From Isurus oxyrinchus (lineage: Eukaryota): a DNA stretch of 64,000 bases. Positions within the stretch are counted from its first letter, which is position 1, and the number at the start of each line of letters is the position of its first letter. Location of the stretch: contig JANJGN010000021.1 of the NCBI GenBank assembly GCA_026770705.1, positions 99,324,001 to 99,388,000 on the forward strand, in the 5' to 3' direction. The notes under the pieces were generated by a model. The model had not been told where the DNA came from and did not search any database. It worked only from the letters and a program-made list of their open reading frames with translations. Made by a program: the position numbers and the translations under genes. This document shows, in pieces, positions 10,483 through 23,106 of the stretch.

Positions 10483-12493
10483 TTTCCTCGACAGATATCT
10501 TGACAGTGAGCTCTGTGTTATAGAGGCCGACACTCTTACCCCCATTGCAGAGATTGAAGTGAATGGGAATACAGAGGCTTGAAAGCTTGAGAATATTTTC
10601 ATTACGTCCATCATTGTTTGAAAATAACTCGGCATGTTTTACACAAACAGTTGCCATCTCGCCATGTGATCATTAGTAAACTCCATCCATTTGAGAGGTC
10701 GCTCAGAGTGTGGTGCAGGACGATGCTAATGGTGCAGGTTCAATCTCATACAGGCGGTGGTAGTTTACAGAGACCTGCCTCCGTGCCTGGCCCATGCTTG
10801 AAGTGGAGTGGTGCCCCTCAAGCTGATCTCTCTCTAATGAAAAATGATGCCAATGGTCCTTTGTGAACCAAGACTGATCATCTTGATAATTCGAGCTTGG
10901 GAGCTATCTAACAAGGAGGAGAGAGTAAGCTATTATCACCATTGACTCTGCCATCCTCCTCCAACTCCTCTCCTCAATTGTCCAGCTGGAGCGGCCCTTT
11001 CCTGGTCCCATACTTACCGATCTAATCGGAGCTGGGAAATCTCCTACAACGATTTTTTCTCCTGCTCCTGTACTGCTAAAGATTCCAAGCGTCTCTCCCT
11101 TGACCCGTCCCTATGTCTCCTTTCCATGCTGTCCCTCAGCAACATCGTTGAAGTAAACAACATCAGTTTTCATGTGGATGCTGTTAACACCCAGCTTGAC
11201 CTCGCCACCATCTCTTTTGACCTCTCCACTGCTTGTCTGACACCCATTGATGCGCTGGATGGGAAATTTCCTCCAGTAGAGTATTGGAAAGACCAATGCC
11301 ATTGGCTTTGGTCGCCATAAGAAACTCTGCTCCCTAGCTACAGTCTCCATTCGTCTCCCTGGCCACTGCCTGAATTCAGCTGAATTAGGCCGTCCACAAC
11401 TCTTACAAAAGCAAAGCGCTTCAGATTCTGGAAACCTGCAATAAAAACAGGAAGTGCTGCAACCGCTCAGGAGGCCCAGCAGCATCTGTGAGGAGAGAAA
11501 CAGCGGTAATGGGTAAGATTTTACGGTCTCCAGCAAGGGTAAGGGAGGCAGAACGGGAAGTGCGCAGTCCGCTCACTCCTGTCCCCATTGTTTTGGTGTC
11601 AGCCAGCCAATGGGAATGCTGGCCAGTTAGCGTTGTTGGGGAGTGGGGGGTTGGCGGGGGTGCTCTGCACCCAAACGGGTGTCGAGGGCAGGATGTCCAG
11701 TGGGTGAGGGGTTAGGCTGTGAGCCGGAAATCGGTTGGGGCCAACAATTTAAAAGCCCCCCTTCCCTCTCACTCTCTCCTTCATTGTTATGTCAACCTGT
11801 GAAAACTGAAGGAATAAAACCTACTAATAGCCAAACATGGCCACCTTCAGATTCTGCTGCCACGTGTGCACCATGGTCCTGTTTGGAGGCCCCCTCACCA
11901 CAGGCATAACTCACCCCCAACGCTTTTCCCTTGTGGCTCGTGTGAAATGGAGCGGACAATGAAAGATTGCTGCCAATTGCCTCTTTAACAAAGCTCAATG
12001 GCAGTTCTGAAGCAGGGTCAGATTGGACTGCAAACATTGACCCTGCTTTTCCTTCTCCGCAGACCTGCTGAGTGTTTTCAGCATTTTCCACTTTTATTTC
12101 CAATTTCCAGCATCTGCAGGATTTTGCTTTTATGTTAACAGCTTATTAACTGTTTTCTCCAAAATGGTGGGTGGGTTTCTGATTTTGAAATCCGCTGGTC
12201 TTCCCTATTGTCGGGGGGTGGCGGCAGGGTGGCGTGGATTGCCAACCCGGTGACACTGTATTTTACGTAAGCATAGGGCCGATTCGAGACTGTAAGCCCC
12301 ACCCCGATGTTTCAGGTGCGTGGCCTTTCATCAGAACTGCTCACAAGTCTTCAGGACCTGGGCATCATATCGGGCCCTGGGCCTAGCTGCTGTCCACGTG
12401 ACCACACCATCACCAAGAACAGCTATTTCCATCACATGGCCTGAGTTAGTTCATCAGCTCTCCTATGAATGACCTTGGGATGTTGCTCTATGT

Positions 12494-15400
12494 CATAAGA
12501 CCATAAGACATAGGAGCAGAAATTAGGCCATTCGGCCCATCAAGTCTGCTCCGCCATTCAATCATGGCTGATAAGTTTCTCAACCCCATTCTCCCGCCTT
12601 CTCCCTGTAACCTTTTATCCCCTTACCAATCAAGAACATATCTATCTCAGTCTTAAATACACTCAATGACCTGGCCTCCACAGCCTTCTGTGGCAATGAA
12701 TTCCATAGATTTACAACTCTCTGGTTAAAGAAGTTTCTCCTCATCTCTGTTCTAAAAGGTCTTCCCTTTACTCTGAGGCTGTGCCCTCGGGTCCTAGTCT
12801 CTCCTACTAATGGAAACATCTTCCCCACATCCACTCTATCCAGGCCTTTCAGTATTCTGTAAGTTTCAATCAGATCCCCCCTCATCCTTCTAAACTCCAT
12901 CGAGCATAGACCCAGAGTCCTCAAACATTCCTCGTATGTTAAGCCTTTCATTCCTGGAATCATTCTCGTGAACCTCCTCTGGACCCTCTCCAGGGCCAGA
13001 ACATCCTTCCTGAGATACGGGGCCCAAAATTGCTCACAATATTCTAAATGTGGTCTGACCAGAGCCTTACAAAGCCTCAGCAGCACATCCCTGCTTTTAT
13101 ATTCTAGTCCTCTTGAAATAAATGCCAACATTGCATTTGCCTTCCTAACTACTGACTCAACCTGCAAGTTAACATTAAGAGAATCCTGGACTAGGACTCC
13201 CAAGTCCCTTTGCACTCCAGATTTCTAAATTCTCTCCCCATTTAGAAAATAGCCTATGCCTCTATTCTTCCTACCAAAGTGCATGACGTCACACTTCCCC
13301 ACGTTGTATTCCATCTGCCACTTCTTTGCCCATTCTCCTAACCTGTCCAAATCCTTCTGCAGCCTCCCCGCCTCCTCAATACTACCTGTCCCTCCACCTA
13401 TCTTTGTATCATCTGCAAACTTAGCCAGGATGCCCTCAGTTCCTTCATCTAGATCATTTAATGTATAAAGTGAAAAGTTGTGGTCCCAACACTGACCCCT
13501 GCGGAACTCCACTAGTCACTGGCCGCCATCCTGAGAAAGACACCCTTATCTTCACTCTCTGCCTCCTGCCAGACAGCCAATCTTCTATCCATGCTAGTAT
13601 CTTGCCTCTAACACCATGGGCTCTTATCTTACTGAGCAGCCTCCTGTGCAGCACCTTGTCAAATGCCTTCTGGAAGTCCAAGTAGATAACATCCATTGGC
13701 TCTCCTTTGTCTAACCTACTCGTTACCTCCTCAAAGAATTCTAACAGATTTGTTATGCATGACCTCCCCTTGATGAAACCATGCTGACTTTGCCCTATTT
13801 TACCATGCACTTCCAAGTATTCTGAAATCTCATCCTTAATAATGGACTCTAAAATCTTACCAACAACCGAGGTCAGGCTAATCGGATGTAATTTCCCGTC
13901 TTTTGCCTCATTACCTTCTTTAACAGGGGGGTTACATTAGCGATTTTCCAGTCCTCTGGGACCCTCCCTGACTCCAGTGATTCCTGAAAGATCACCACTA
14001 ACACCTCCAATATCTCTTCAGCTATCTCCTTCAGAACTCTGGGGTGTAATCCATCTGGTCCAGGTGATTTATCCACCTTCAGGCCTTTCAGTTTTCCTAG
14101 CACCTTCTCATTGGTAATGGCCACCATACTCACCTCTGCCCCCCGACTCGCTTGAATTTTGGGGATGTAACTCGTGTCTTCCACCTTGAAGACTGATGCA
14201 AAGTACCTATTCCGTTCCTCCGCCATTTCTTTGTTCCCTACGACTACTTCTCCAGCATCATTTTTCAGCAGCCCAATGTCCAGTTTTGCCTCTCTCTTAC
14301 CCTTTATATATCTAAAAATACTCTTGCAACCTTCTTTTATATTACTGGCTCGGTCATCCTCATATTTAATCTTCTCCCTCCTTATTTCTTTTTTAGTTGT
14401 CCTCTGTTGGTCTTTGTAGGTTTCCCAATCCCCTGGTTTCCCATTGCTCTTCGCCGCATTGTATGCTTTCTCTTTAGCTTTTATGCTGTCCCTGACTTCC
14501 CTTGTCAGCCATGGTTGCCTCGTCCTCCCTTTAGTATGCTTCTTCTTCCTAGGGATGAATTTTTGCTGTGTCTCCCAAATTACTCCCAGAAACTCCTGCC
14601 ATTGCTGTTCCACTGTCTTTCCTGCTATGTTCATCTCCCAGTCAATTCTGGCCAGCTCCTCCCTCATGCCTCTGTAGTTGCCTTTATTCAACTCTAATAC
14701 CGTTACATCTGATTCCAGCTTTTTCCTCTCAAATTGCAGGGTAAATTCTATCATATTATTGTCACTTCCTCCTAAGGGTTCCTTCACCTTAAGCTCCCTT
14801 ATCAAATCTGCCTCATTACACATCACTATGTCTAGAATTGCCTGTTCCCTAGTGGGCTCCACCACAAGCTGCTCCAAAAAGCCATCTCGTAGACAATCTA
14901 CAAATTCCTTTTTTTGGGATCCACTATCAACCTGATTTTCCCAGTCTACCTGCATATTGAAATCCCCCATGATCACTGTAACCTTGCCTTTCTTACACGC
15001 CCTTTCTATCTCCTGGTGTATCTTGTGCCCCACATCCTGACTACTGTTCGGAGGCCTGTACATAACTCCCATTATGGTTTTTTTCATCTTTGAAGATCCT
15101 CTACCTACACAGATTCTACATCATCTGACCCTACGTCATTTCTTGCTATCAATTTAATTTCATTTCTTACTAACAAAGCAACCCCACCCCCTCTGCCAAC
15201 CTGCCTATCTTTTCGATAGGATGTATATCCTTGGATATTTAGCTCCCAGTCCTGATCCCCCTGCAGCCATGTCTCCACGATGCCCACCACATCATACCTG
15301 CCAATTTCAATCTGCGCCACAAGCTCATTTACCTTATTTCGTATACTGCGTGCATTCAGATACAACAGCTTCAGTCCTGTATTTCCCGTCCCCTTTCTCA

Positions 15401-16930
15401 TTGCTGTCCCTTTATCTGATGTGCTTGAAGTTAGATTCCTAGCCCTTTCCAAACACTTTGTCCTACTTTGTGTTCTGGAGACTTTAATAGCCTCTCCTGG
15501 GCTCTCCTTCCTTTTCAGTTTTTTCATAATTTTCCATGAAGTTGAATCCAGCCCCCTAAACGCTAACCTGCTGCTTTGTTTCCCATTAGTCATACTTCTT
15601 GACGTTTTACCCTTCCTTCCCCCCCACTTTCTAGTTTAAAGTCCTGTTTACCACCCTATTTACCCTTTTCGCTAGAACATTGGTCCCAGATCGGTTCAGG
15701 TGGAGAAAGTCTGAATGGTACCGATCCCTCCTGTTCCAACACTGATGCCAGTGCCCACGAAATGGAACCCCTCTTTCCTGCACCACTCCTTCAGCCATGT
15801 GCTTACTTCCCTTATTCTCGCGTCCCTATGCCAATTTGCACGTGGCTCGGGTAGTAATCCGGAGATTATAACCCTTGAGGACCTGTTCTTTAATTTAGTT
15901 GCTAGTTCCTGATAATCCCCAAACAGGCCCTCTTTCCTAGTCTTACCTATGTTATTTGGCCCGACGTGGATCACAACAACTAGATTCTACCACTCACTCT
16001 CCAAAATCCTTTTAAGACATGTTCCTCACCCTGGCACCAGGCAGGCAACAAACCATGTGGGACTCTCGATCCTGCTTACAAAGGATGCTATCAATTCCCC
16101 TAATCATAGAATCCCCTACCACTACCACTTGTCTTTTTGCTCCCTCTTCTTGAATGGCCTCCTGTGCCACGATGCCATTGTCAGCTGGCTCATCCTCCCT
16201 ACAGCCCTGTTCCTCATCCACACAGGGAGCAAGTACCTCGTACCTGTTGGACAAGGTCAAGAGCTGAGGCTCCTCTGTTCCTGAACACAGGATCCCTCTA
16301 CCTGCCTCACTTGCAGTCACAGCCTGCTAACCCTGACCACTGACCGAACTTGAGGTACTTAATCTACCGGATGTGACCACCTCCTAAAACAAAGCATCCA
16401 GGTAATTCTCCCCCTCCCAGATGTGCCACAGCGTCTGGAGCTTGGACTCCAGCTCATCAATTCTGAGCCGGGGTTCCTTCAGCAACCAACACTTACTGCA
16501 GATGTGGTCATTGCGGCTCACAATGGGATCTGCTAGCTCCCACATCATACAGCTACAGCGCATCATCTCCCCAGCCATCTCGACTTACTTAATTAATTTA
16601 TTAATTAGCTTTCAGTGTTTTGTTTTTCAAATTTGGTGCAGATTTCCTACCAACCAATCAGGTCACAGCTTTCCTGTGATGTCACTTTTTCAGTTTTGGC
16701 TTCAGTTACTCTGTGCCACAAGGTCACCGCTCCGGTGCTCCTCCCTTCAAGTCTGCTCCCTGGAGACAAGGCCACGAATCCCCGAGGTAAGCTAGATTTA
16801 TACTCACTGCTCCGGTGCTCCTCCCTCCGAGTCTGCTCCCTGGAGACATGGCTGCGAATCCCCGAGGTAAGCTAGATTTATACTCACTGCTCCAGTGCTC
16901 TTCCCACTGAGTCAGCTCCTAGAATTTACT
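12494..16930 (-). mobile_element. Near full-length CR1 LINE: ORF1 esterase (SGNH-type) plus ORF2 APE endonuclease/RT, frameshifted
   Basis: ORF1 pieces: VVVVGDSMIRGID, HVGPNNIGK, VIISGLLP. ORF2 pieces: LYLNARSIRNK, YRPPN, GDFN, KSPGPDG, QHGF, YLDFQKAFDKV, PQGSVLGP, KFADDTK. 3' tail (cataagac)n at 12494. 5' UTR carries tandem repeats. Confidence 0.95.
16729..16912. repeat. 80-bp tandem monomers in the CR1 5' UTR (~2.3 copies)
   Basis: gctcc(g/a)gtgctc recurs at 16729, 16809 and 16889. Confidence 0.85.
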
Positions 16931-17689
16931 CACCAATCAGCTGCTTTTTCTTTAAAATCCACTTTCAGAAGAGTGTCCCTCGCAGGTCTGGTGCACTCCT
17001 GAAGGCACTGCCTCTTCCTCTCTTTTTTAGGTTTGAGGAGGAGAGAGCGATGGAAACACTACAGCAATGTAATATTTGGAACTATTCCGTTCTTTGACAG
17101 TGGGTCCTCCTCGATTCCCTCCTGAGTCGCGTTGGCTGCAGTGACTTCTCCCAGAATGCTTCAGTCATTTCTCACCAGCGCCCTCTGTTGGATGTCAAAG
17201 ATGCTACATAAATGCAATGTGTTGAAAGGTATTGGGTGGAATTTTCCAGCCCTGGCGTGGCAGGGGGCAGGGCTGGGAAATGTGGCGAGCCATTCCCAAA
17301 GCCCATTGCCTTCGGCAGGCTCGGAAACCCCCCACCCCCCATGGGAGGGGTCATAGACCAATTGTGCCAGTGAGGGGCAAGGACTAAGGCAGTACTACCC
17401 AGAATGACACTGAGCCTTGCTGGGCAGTGAAATGCAGCCTCTCCGCATCGTCTGTGCTGGGTCTGATCTGGTTGGGCACTGGAGTCGGAAAGCGGGTGAG
17501 AGAACAACCAGCGCCTGCCCCTTCATACAGCCCAGTGACAAAACCCCACCCCCCCTCATCTCAAACCCCTTTCTCTGCAGGAAAGAGTGTGTGCAAGCAA
17601 GGCTAGCATGAGGCAATTAGTTATTATGGAGCCCCTGTGGGACACTCTTTAGCGATGGAGAGAGGGAATTGGAGGAAAAGTGATCAACA

Positions 17690-18562
17690 AAAAGGTTGAA
17701 TGTCTTGGGCTACAGGAATGGGATGGTCAAATGGGCAGATAAGTGGCAGATGGAATTTAACCCTGAAAAGTGTGAGGTGATACACTTTGGAAGAAGTAAT
17801 TTGACAAGGAAGTATTCAATGAACGGCTTGGCACGAGGAAGTTCTGAGGAACAAAGGGGCCTTGGCGTGTGTGTCCATAGATCTCTGAAGGCAGAGGGGC
17901 ATGTTAGTGGTGGGTGAAAAAGGCATATGGGACACTTGCCTTTATCATTTGAGGCATAGATTACAAAAGTAGGGAGGTCATGTTGGAGTTGTATAGAACC
18001 TTGGTGAGGCCACAGCTGGAGTACTGTGTGCAGTTCTGGTCGCCACATTATAGGAAGGATGTGATTGCACTGGAGGGGGTGCAGAGGAGATTCACCAGGA
18101 TGTTGCCTGGGATGAAACCTTTAAGTTATGAAGCGAGGTTGGATAGACTTGGGTTGTTTTTGTTGCAGCAGAGAAGACTGAGGGGTAACCTGATCGAGGT
18201 GTACAAATTATGAGGGGTATGGACAGGGTGGATAGGGAGCAGCTGTTCCCCTTAGTTGAGGGGTCAGTCACAAAGGGACATAAGTTCAAGGTGAGGGGCA
18301 GGAGGTTTAGGGGGGATGTGAGGTGAAACTTTTTTACCCAGAGGGTGGTGACGGTCTGGAATGCACTGCCTGGGAGAGTGGTGGAGGCGGGTTGCCTCAT
18401 ATCCTTTAAAAAGTACCTGGATGAGCATTTGGCACGTCATAACATTCAAGGCTATGGGCCAAGTGCTGGTAAATAGGATTAGGTAGGTAGGTCAGGTGTT
18501 TCTCACGTGTCAGTGCAGACTCGATGGGCCGAAGGGCCTCTTCCGCACTGTGATTCTGTGAC
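17690..18562 (+). mobile_element. CR1 LINE 3' fragment
   Basis: WADKWQMEFNPEKCEVIHFG and LYRTLVRPQLEYCVQFWSPHY; ends in the tail gcactgtgattctgtgac. Confidence 0.9.
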
Positions 18563-18993
18563 TTTTTTTTACCTGTTTGTTGTATTGCAGGAAAAATTGC
18601 AACAATTTTAAAAACTTGTATGGAGAAAACCAGGAGGATTTAAAGCAAAGATCTACTCTGGCCCACCAACTGGGAAACATCTCCATTTCAAACTACTCAA
18701 ACAGGAGGACATCGGCACAGTATCCAGTCTGAAACTAGAGGAGCGATACTGGGTCTTCCCTGTACCTGTGCAGAGTGAAGAGCAGCAGGCAGGCGGGCAG
18801 TAGAGGCAGTTCACAGGTGAGGCTGGTGAGCAGCCCGACAAGCTTGTTTGCCTTTCACAATCAGCAATGAGACAGCGATGTGGCCGGTCCGACTACGAGA
18901 TTGTGTGAGGAGTCTGCACAAGATCGAGCGTTTTAAGTTTTGGATGAAGCCCCAGTTTTAATATTGTGCCTCCCATGACACCAGGGCAGCTAT

Positions 18994-19647
18994 ATGGGGG
19001 AGAAGCCGTTCAAATGCGAGTTGTGTGGCAAGGGTTTTGCACAGGCCTACACCCTCCAGGTCCACGAGCGTGCCCACCGGGGGGACAAACCCTTCAAGTG
19101 TGAGCTCTGCGGCAAGGCGTTCGTGACCTCTGTGGGCCTCTTGGAGCATCACCGCACCCACACGGGTGAGAGGCCGTTCCACTGCGATGTTTGTAACAAG
19201 ACCTTCGTGAAGTCCTCCCGTCTCCGCGAGCACCAGCGCACCCACACCGGGGAGAAGCCCTTCAAGTGTGAGGTATGCGAGCAGGCCTTCACGCAGCTGG
19301 CATTCCTGGTCAGTCACCGGCGGGTTCACACGGGCGAGAAGCCCTTCAAATGCCAGGTGTGTGACAAGGCCTTCACTCAGTCGTCGACGCTTCTGCAACA
19401 CCGGCGGATCCACACGGGCGAGAAGCCCTTCAAGTGCGGGGTCTGTGACAAAGCCTTCTCCCGGTCGCTGTGCCTCGTGGAGCACCAGCGCATCCACACC
19501 GGAGAGAAACCCTTCAAATGCGAGGTCTGCGACAAGGGCTTTGCAAAGTCAACACAGCTCCTGATCCACCAGCGCATCCACACGGGGGAGAAGCCATTCA
19601 GATGCAACACTTGCGACAAAGCCTTCACCCAGTTGATATTCCTCCAG
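18994..19647 (+). CDS. C2H2 zinc-finger protein, coding part 1 (218 aa; fingers 1-7 and the first part of finger 8)
   Basis: Tandem CxxC-x12-HxxxH units with TGEKPF linkers, open for 218 codons to …[10 protein letters not shown]|gtaagc (phase 0 donor at 19648). An upstream acceptor (tttgttgtattgcag|) ends at 18590, so the true start may depend on exons outside what I can identify. Confidence 0.9.
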
Positions 19648-22578
19648 GTAAGCTTGGTGGGCGATGCTGAGCTACAGGCACAGATAGCCCCTGGCTCAAA
19701 GAGCAGGGTTGGGTAAGAAACATTCCTGGATATGCAGTGTTCAGAAAAAATAGAGAAGGAAAAAAAGGCGGGGGGGGATGTGGTATTCATTATGGAGAAT
19801 GTTGGAGAGGCAGGAGGACTTAGCAGCAATTACCAAACCTTTTTGACTCTTGCTAAGAGACAGTAGAGGCACTGTACATTGCTGGGTGTATTCTATATGT
19901 CATCAACTAGTGGGGGAGATATGGAGGAACAAATTTGCAAGGGAAGTTAGAGAAGTACAAAAACTATATAGTAGTTATAATGGGGGACTTTAATCATCCT
20001 AATAGACTGGAATAATAATTGTGTAAAGGTGTAAAGGAATAGTAATTGTGTAAAGGATAGAGAGGGTCAAGGGTTCCTGAAGAGCATTCAGGAGAATTTT
20101 CCACATAAGTATGTTTTTGCATAAACAGGGTAAGAGGCATTGCTGGGTCAGGTTCTGGGGAATGAGATGGTCAAGTGAATTTGGTATTAGCTATAGCCAT
20201 GGCCTAGTGATAATGTCACTGGACTAATAATCCAGAGGTCCAGACTAATGCTTTGACGCCATGGGTTCAAATACCCACCACAACAGCTGATAGCATTTAA
20301 AGTCGATTAATCAAATCTGGAATAGAAACTAGCCTAATCCTGATCATGAAACCTTGTCATAAAAACCCACCTGGTTCACTGATGCCCTTTAGGGAAGGAA
20401 ATCTGCCTTCTTTACCTGGTCTGGCCTTCTTGTGATTCCAGGCCCACAGCAATGCTAAAAATAAAAACAAAAAAACTGCAGATGCTGGAAATCCAAAACA
20501 AAAACAGAATTACCTGGAAAAACTCAGCAGGTCTGGCAGCATCGGCGGAGAAGAAAAGAGTTGACGTTTCGAGTCCTCATGACCCTTCGACAACAATGCG
20601 ATTGACTCTTAACTGCCCTCTGAAATGGCCTAACAAACCACTAAGTTCAAGAGCAATTAGAGATGGGCAACAAATGCTGGCCTTGCCAGCAATGTCCATA
20701 TCTCATGAAAGAATAAATTTTAAAAAGTAGGTTCAGGTTGGCTTTGAAAAAGAAGAAGGTGCAATCAGGAGTAAAATAACTAATCGGAGGTGGGCCAACT
20801 TTAATGGGTTGAGAATGGATCTGGTCCAGGTAAATTGGAATCAAAGATTGACAGGCAAAACTGTACTGAACAAATACAGGGCTATCTTTAAAGAAGACAT
20901 AGGTTGGGTAGAGTCAAGGCATATTGAGACAATGGGGAGTGCTAGGACAATAAAAGACAATCAAAAAGTGTGTGCATGACAGGCGACAGGTTCGGACCCA
21001 GAAAGATATGGAAGGTTCAGCCGGGAAAGTGAAAAAAGAAAGAAGAGCAGTATAGAGAGAGTATGAGAAGAGACTGGCAGCTAACATAAAAGAGAATCCA
21101 AAAGTCTTCTATGGGCATAAACAGTAGTAAAATAAGGAGACAATTAGGAATTAAAAAGGCAATTTACACATGGAGGCAGATCAGGTAGTGTATGAGCACT
21201 TTATCTTTGTCTTTACCAAAGAAGGTGCTGCCAAAATCACCGTGTACAAGGAAGAATTTAGACACTGGATGAGCTATAAACCGACAAAGAGGAGGAATTC
21301 GAAAGGCTGGCCGTGCTTAAATCTAATAGGGGCACTAGGACCGGATCAGATGCATCCAAGATTACAGAGAGAAGCAAGGGTGGAAATCACGGAGGTACTG
21401 GCCATAATTTTCCAATCCTCCTTAGCTACGGGGGTGGTGCCAGAGGACTGGAGGATTGCAAATGTTACAAATGATAAAAGGCCTACATAAAACAGGTTTC
21501 TCAGCAAAGTTTTAAGTACATGAAATAAAAAGGAAATGGAAGCATGGATATGAGGTTGGCTGAGTGACAGATAACAGAGAACTGTAATGAATGGTTGTTT
21601 TGTCGGACTGGAGGATGGTATGTATTGGGTTTCCCCAGGGGTTGGTATTAGGACCACTGACATTCTTGATCTATATTAATGACCTAGAATTGGGTATGTG
21701 GGGCACAATTTCAAAATTTACAGATGGCACAAAACTTGGAAATACTGTGAACTGAGGAGGATAGTGTTAGACTTCAAGAGGACATAGACAAGCCAGTAGA
21801 ATGGGTGGACATGGTGGCAGGTGAAGTTTAATTCAGCGATGTGTGAAGTGATGCGTTTTGATTGGAAGAATGAAGAAAGACAATTTTTTTTTAAAAAGGC
21901 ACAATTTTAAATGGGGTAGAGGAGCAGAGGGACCTGGGGGTACACGAGCACAAATCATTGAAGGCGGCAGGGATCCTGAGCTTTATAAAGAGAGGCTTAG
22001 AGTACAAAAACACTTGCTCAGCCTCAACTGGAGTATTGTGTCCAGTTCTGGGCATCACACTTTAGGAAGGATGTGAAGACATTGGAGAGGGTGCGGAAAG
22101 GTTTACAAGAATTATTCCAGGGATGAGAGACGTCAGTTCCATCAATAGATTGGTGAAGCTGGAACTGCTCTCTTGGGAGAAGAGAGGGTTGAGAAGAGAC
22201 TTGATATTTGAGGAGAGGTGTTCTAAATCATTAAAAACGATTTCCGCTGGTAAAGGGGTAAGAACCAGCAGACACTCATCGAAGGTGGATGGCAAAAGAA
22301 AGTGGCATAAAGATTCCATGGATTCCATCATGACATGAGGAAGTGTTTATTATGCAGTGAGTGGTTAGAGGTTGGAATGCAGGGCCTAAGCGGAGTGTGC
22401 AGACAGGCTCAATTGCGGTTTTCAAAAAGGAAATTGGATAATTATCCGAAAAGGAAAGATTTTCAGGGCCATGGGGAAAAGGCAGAGGAATGGGACTGTC
22501 GGAGTTGCTTTTTGCAGGGGCCAGCATGGGCATGATGGGCCAAACTTCTATGTTATAACCACGATTCTGTGATTCCAG
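19648..22578 (+). mobile_element. 5'-truncated, decayed CR1 LINE (with nested SINE/Penelope pieces) forming the whole putative GT-AG intron of the zinc-finger gene
   Basis: CR1 endonuclease-like sequence starts right at the junction (aagcttggt…gagctacaggcacagatagcc = KLG.ELQAQIA; NIPGY.VFRK.REGKKGG). Further in: GDFN, GPDQMHPRL…FQSSLATGVVPEDWRIANV, KF.DGTK. It ends in the CR1 tail gattctgtgattc directly before CAG|. TSD TCCAGGTA at 19643-19650 and 22574-22581. Confidence 0.9.
20200..20725 (+). mobile_element. SINE nested in the intronic CR1, itself interrupted by a Penelope terminal fragment (~20454-20592)
   Basis: gtcactggactaataatccagagg…gggttcaaa…ggaaggaaatctgcc…tacctggtctggcct, with related copies at 43070-43410 and 61350-61680. 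The nested piece matches the end of the palindrome element (aattacctggaaaaactcagcaggtctggcagcatc) and is flanked by a CAATGC duplication. Confidence 0.7.
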
Positions 22579-23106
22579 GTACATCAGCGCACTCACACCG
22601 GGGAGAAGCCCTTCAAGTGTGACATCTGTGACAAAGCTTTCACCCAGTCATCGAATCTTCAGGTACACCAGCGGACCCACACAGGGGAGAGGCCATTCAA
22701 GTGCGAGGTGTGTAAGAAAGCTTTCACACAGTCGTCAAACCTGCGGGTGCACCAGCGTATCCACACAGGGGAGAAGCTGTTCAGGTGTGAGGTTTGTGGC
22801 AAAGCCTTCACTCAGCTGATATTCCTCCAGGTCCATCGGCACACCCACACTGGGGAGAAACCCTTCAAGTGTGACATCTGTGACAAAGCCTACACACAGC
22901 TGCCCAACCTCCGGGCACATCAACGCACTCACACAGGCGAGAGGCCATTCAGGTGCGAGCTTTGCAACAAGGCGTTTATCCGCTCGTCCTCCCTGCTGGT
23001 GCATCAGCGCACGCACACGGGGGAGAGGCCATTCAAGTGTGAGCTTTGCGACAAAGCCTTTACTCAGTCATCTTCGCTGCTGGTACATCAGCGCACACAC
23101 AAATGA
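22579..23106 (+). CDS. C2H2 zinc-finger protein, coding part 2 (175 aa; end of finger 8 and fingers 9-14)
   Basis: ctgtgattccag|GTA CAT CAG CGC ACT CAC = VHQRTH completes finger 8 in phase 0. It is in frame with ORF 22708..23106. The joined product is 393 aa with 14 fingers. Confidence 0.9.
   Translation, partial: VHQRTHTGEKPFKCDICDKAFTQSSNLQVHQRTHTGERPFKCEVCKKAFTQSSNLRVHQRIHTGEKLFRCEVCGKAFTQLIFLQVHRHTHTGEKPFKCDICDKAYTQLPNLRAHQRTHTGERPFRCELCNKAFIRSSSLLVHQRTHTGERPFKCELCDKAFTQSSSLLVHQRTHK

Noticed and set aside
18958-19829. Long antisense ORFs over the zinc-finger exon
   Set aside because: Expected by-product of repetitive GC-rich finger codons; no independent features.
18994-23106. Two separate zinc-finger genes, as the ORF track suggests
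   Set aside because: Finger 8 is split exactly across the junction and the halves join in frame across a TSD-flanked insertion.
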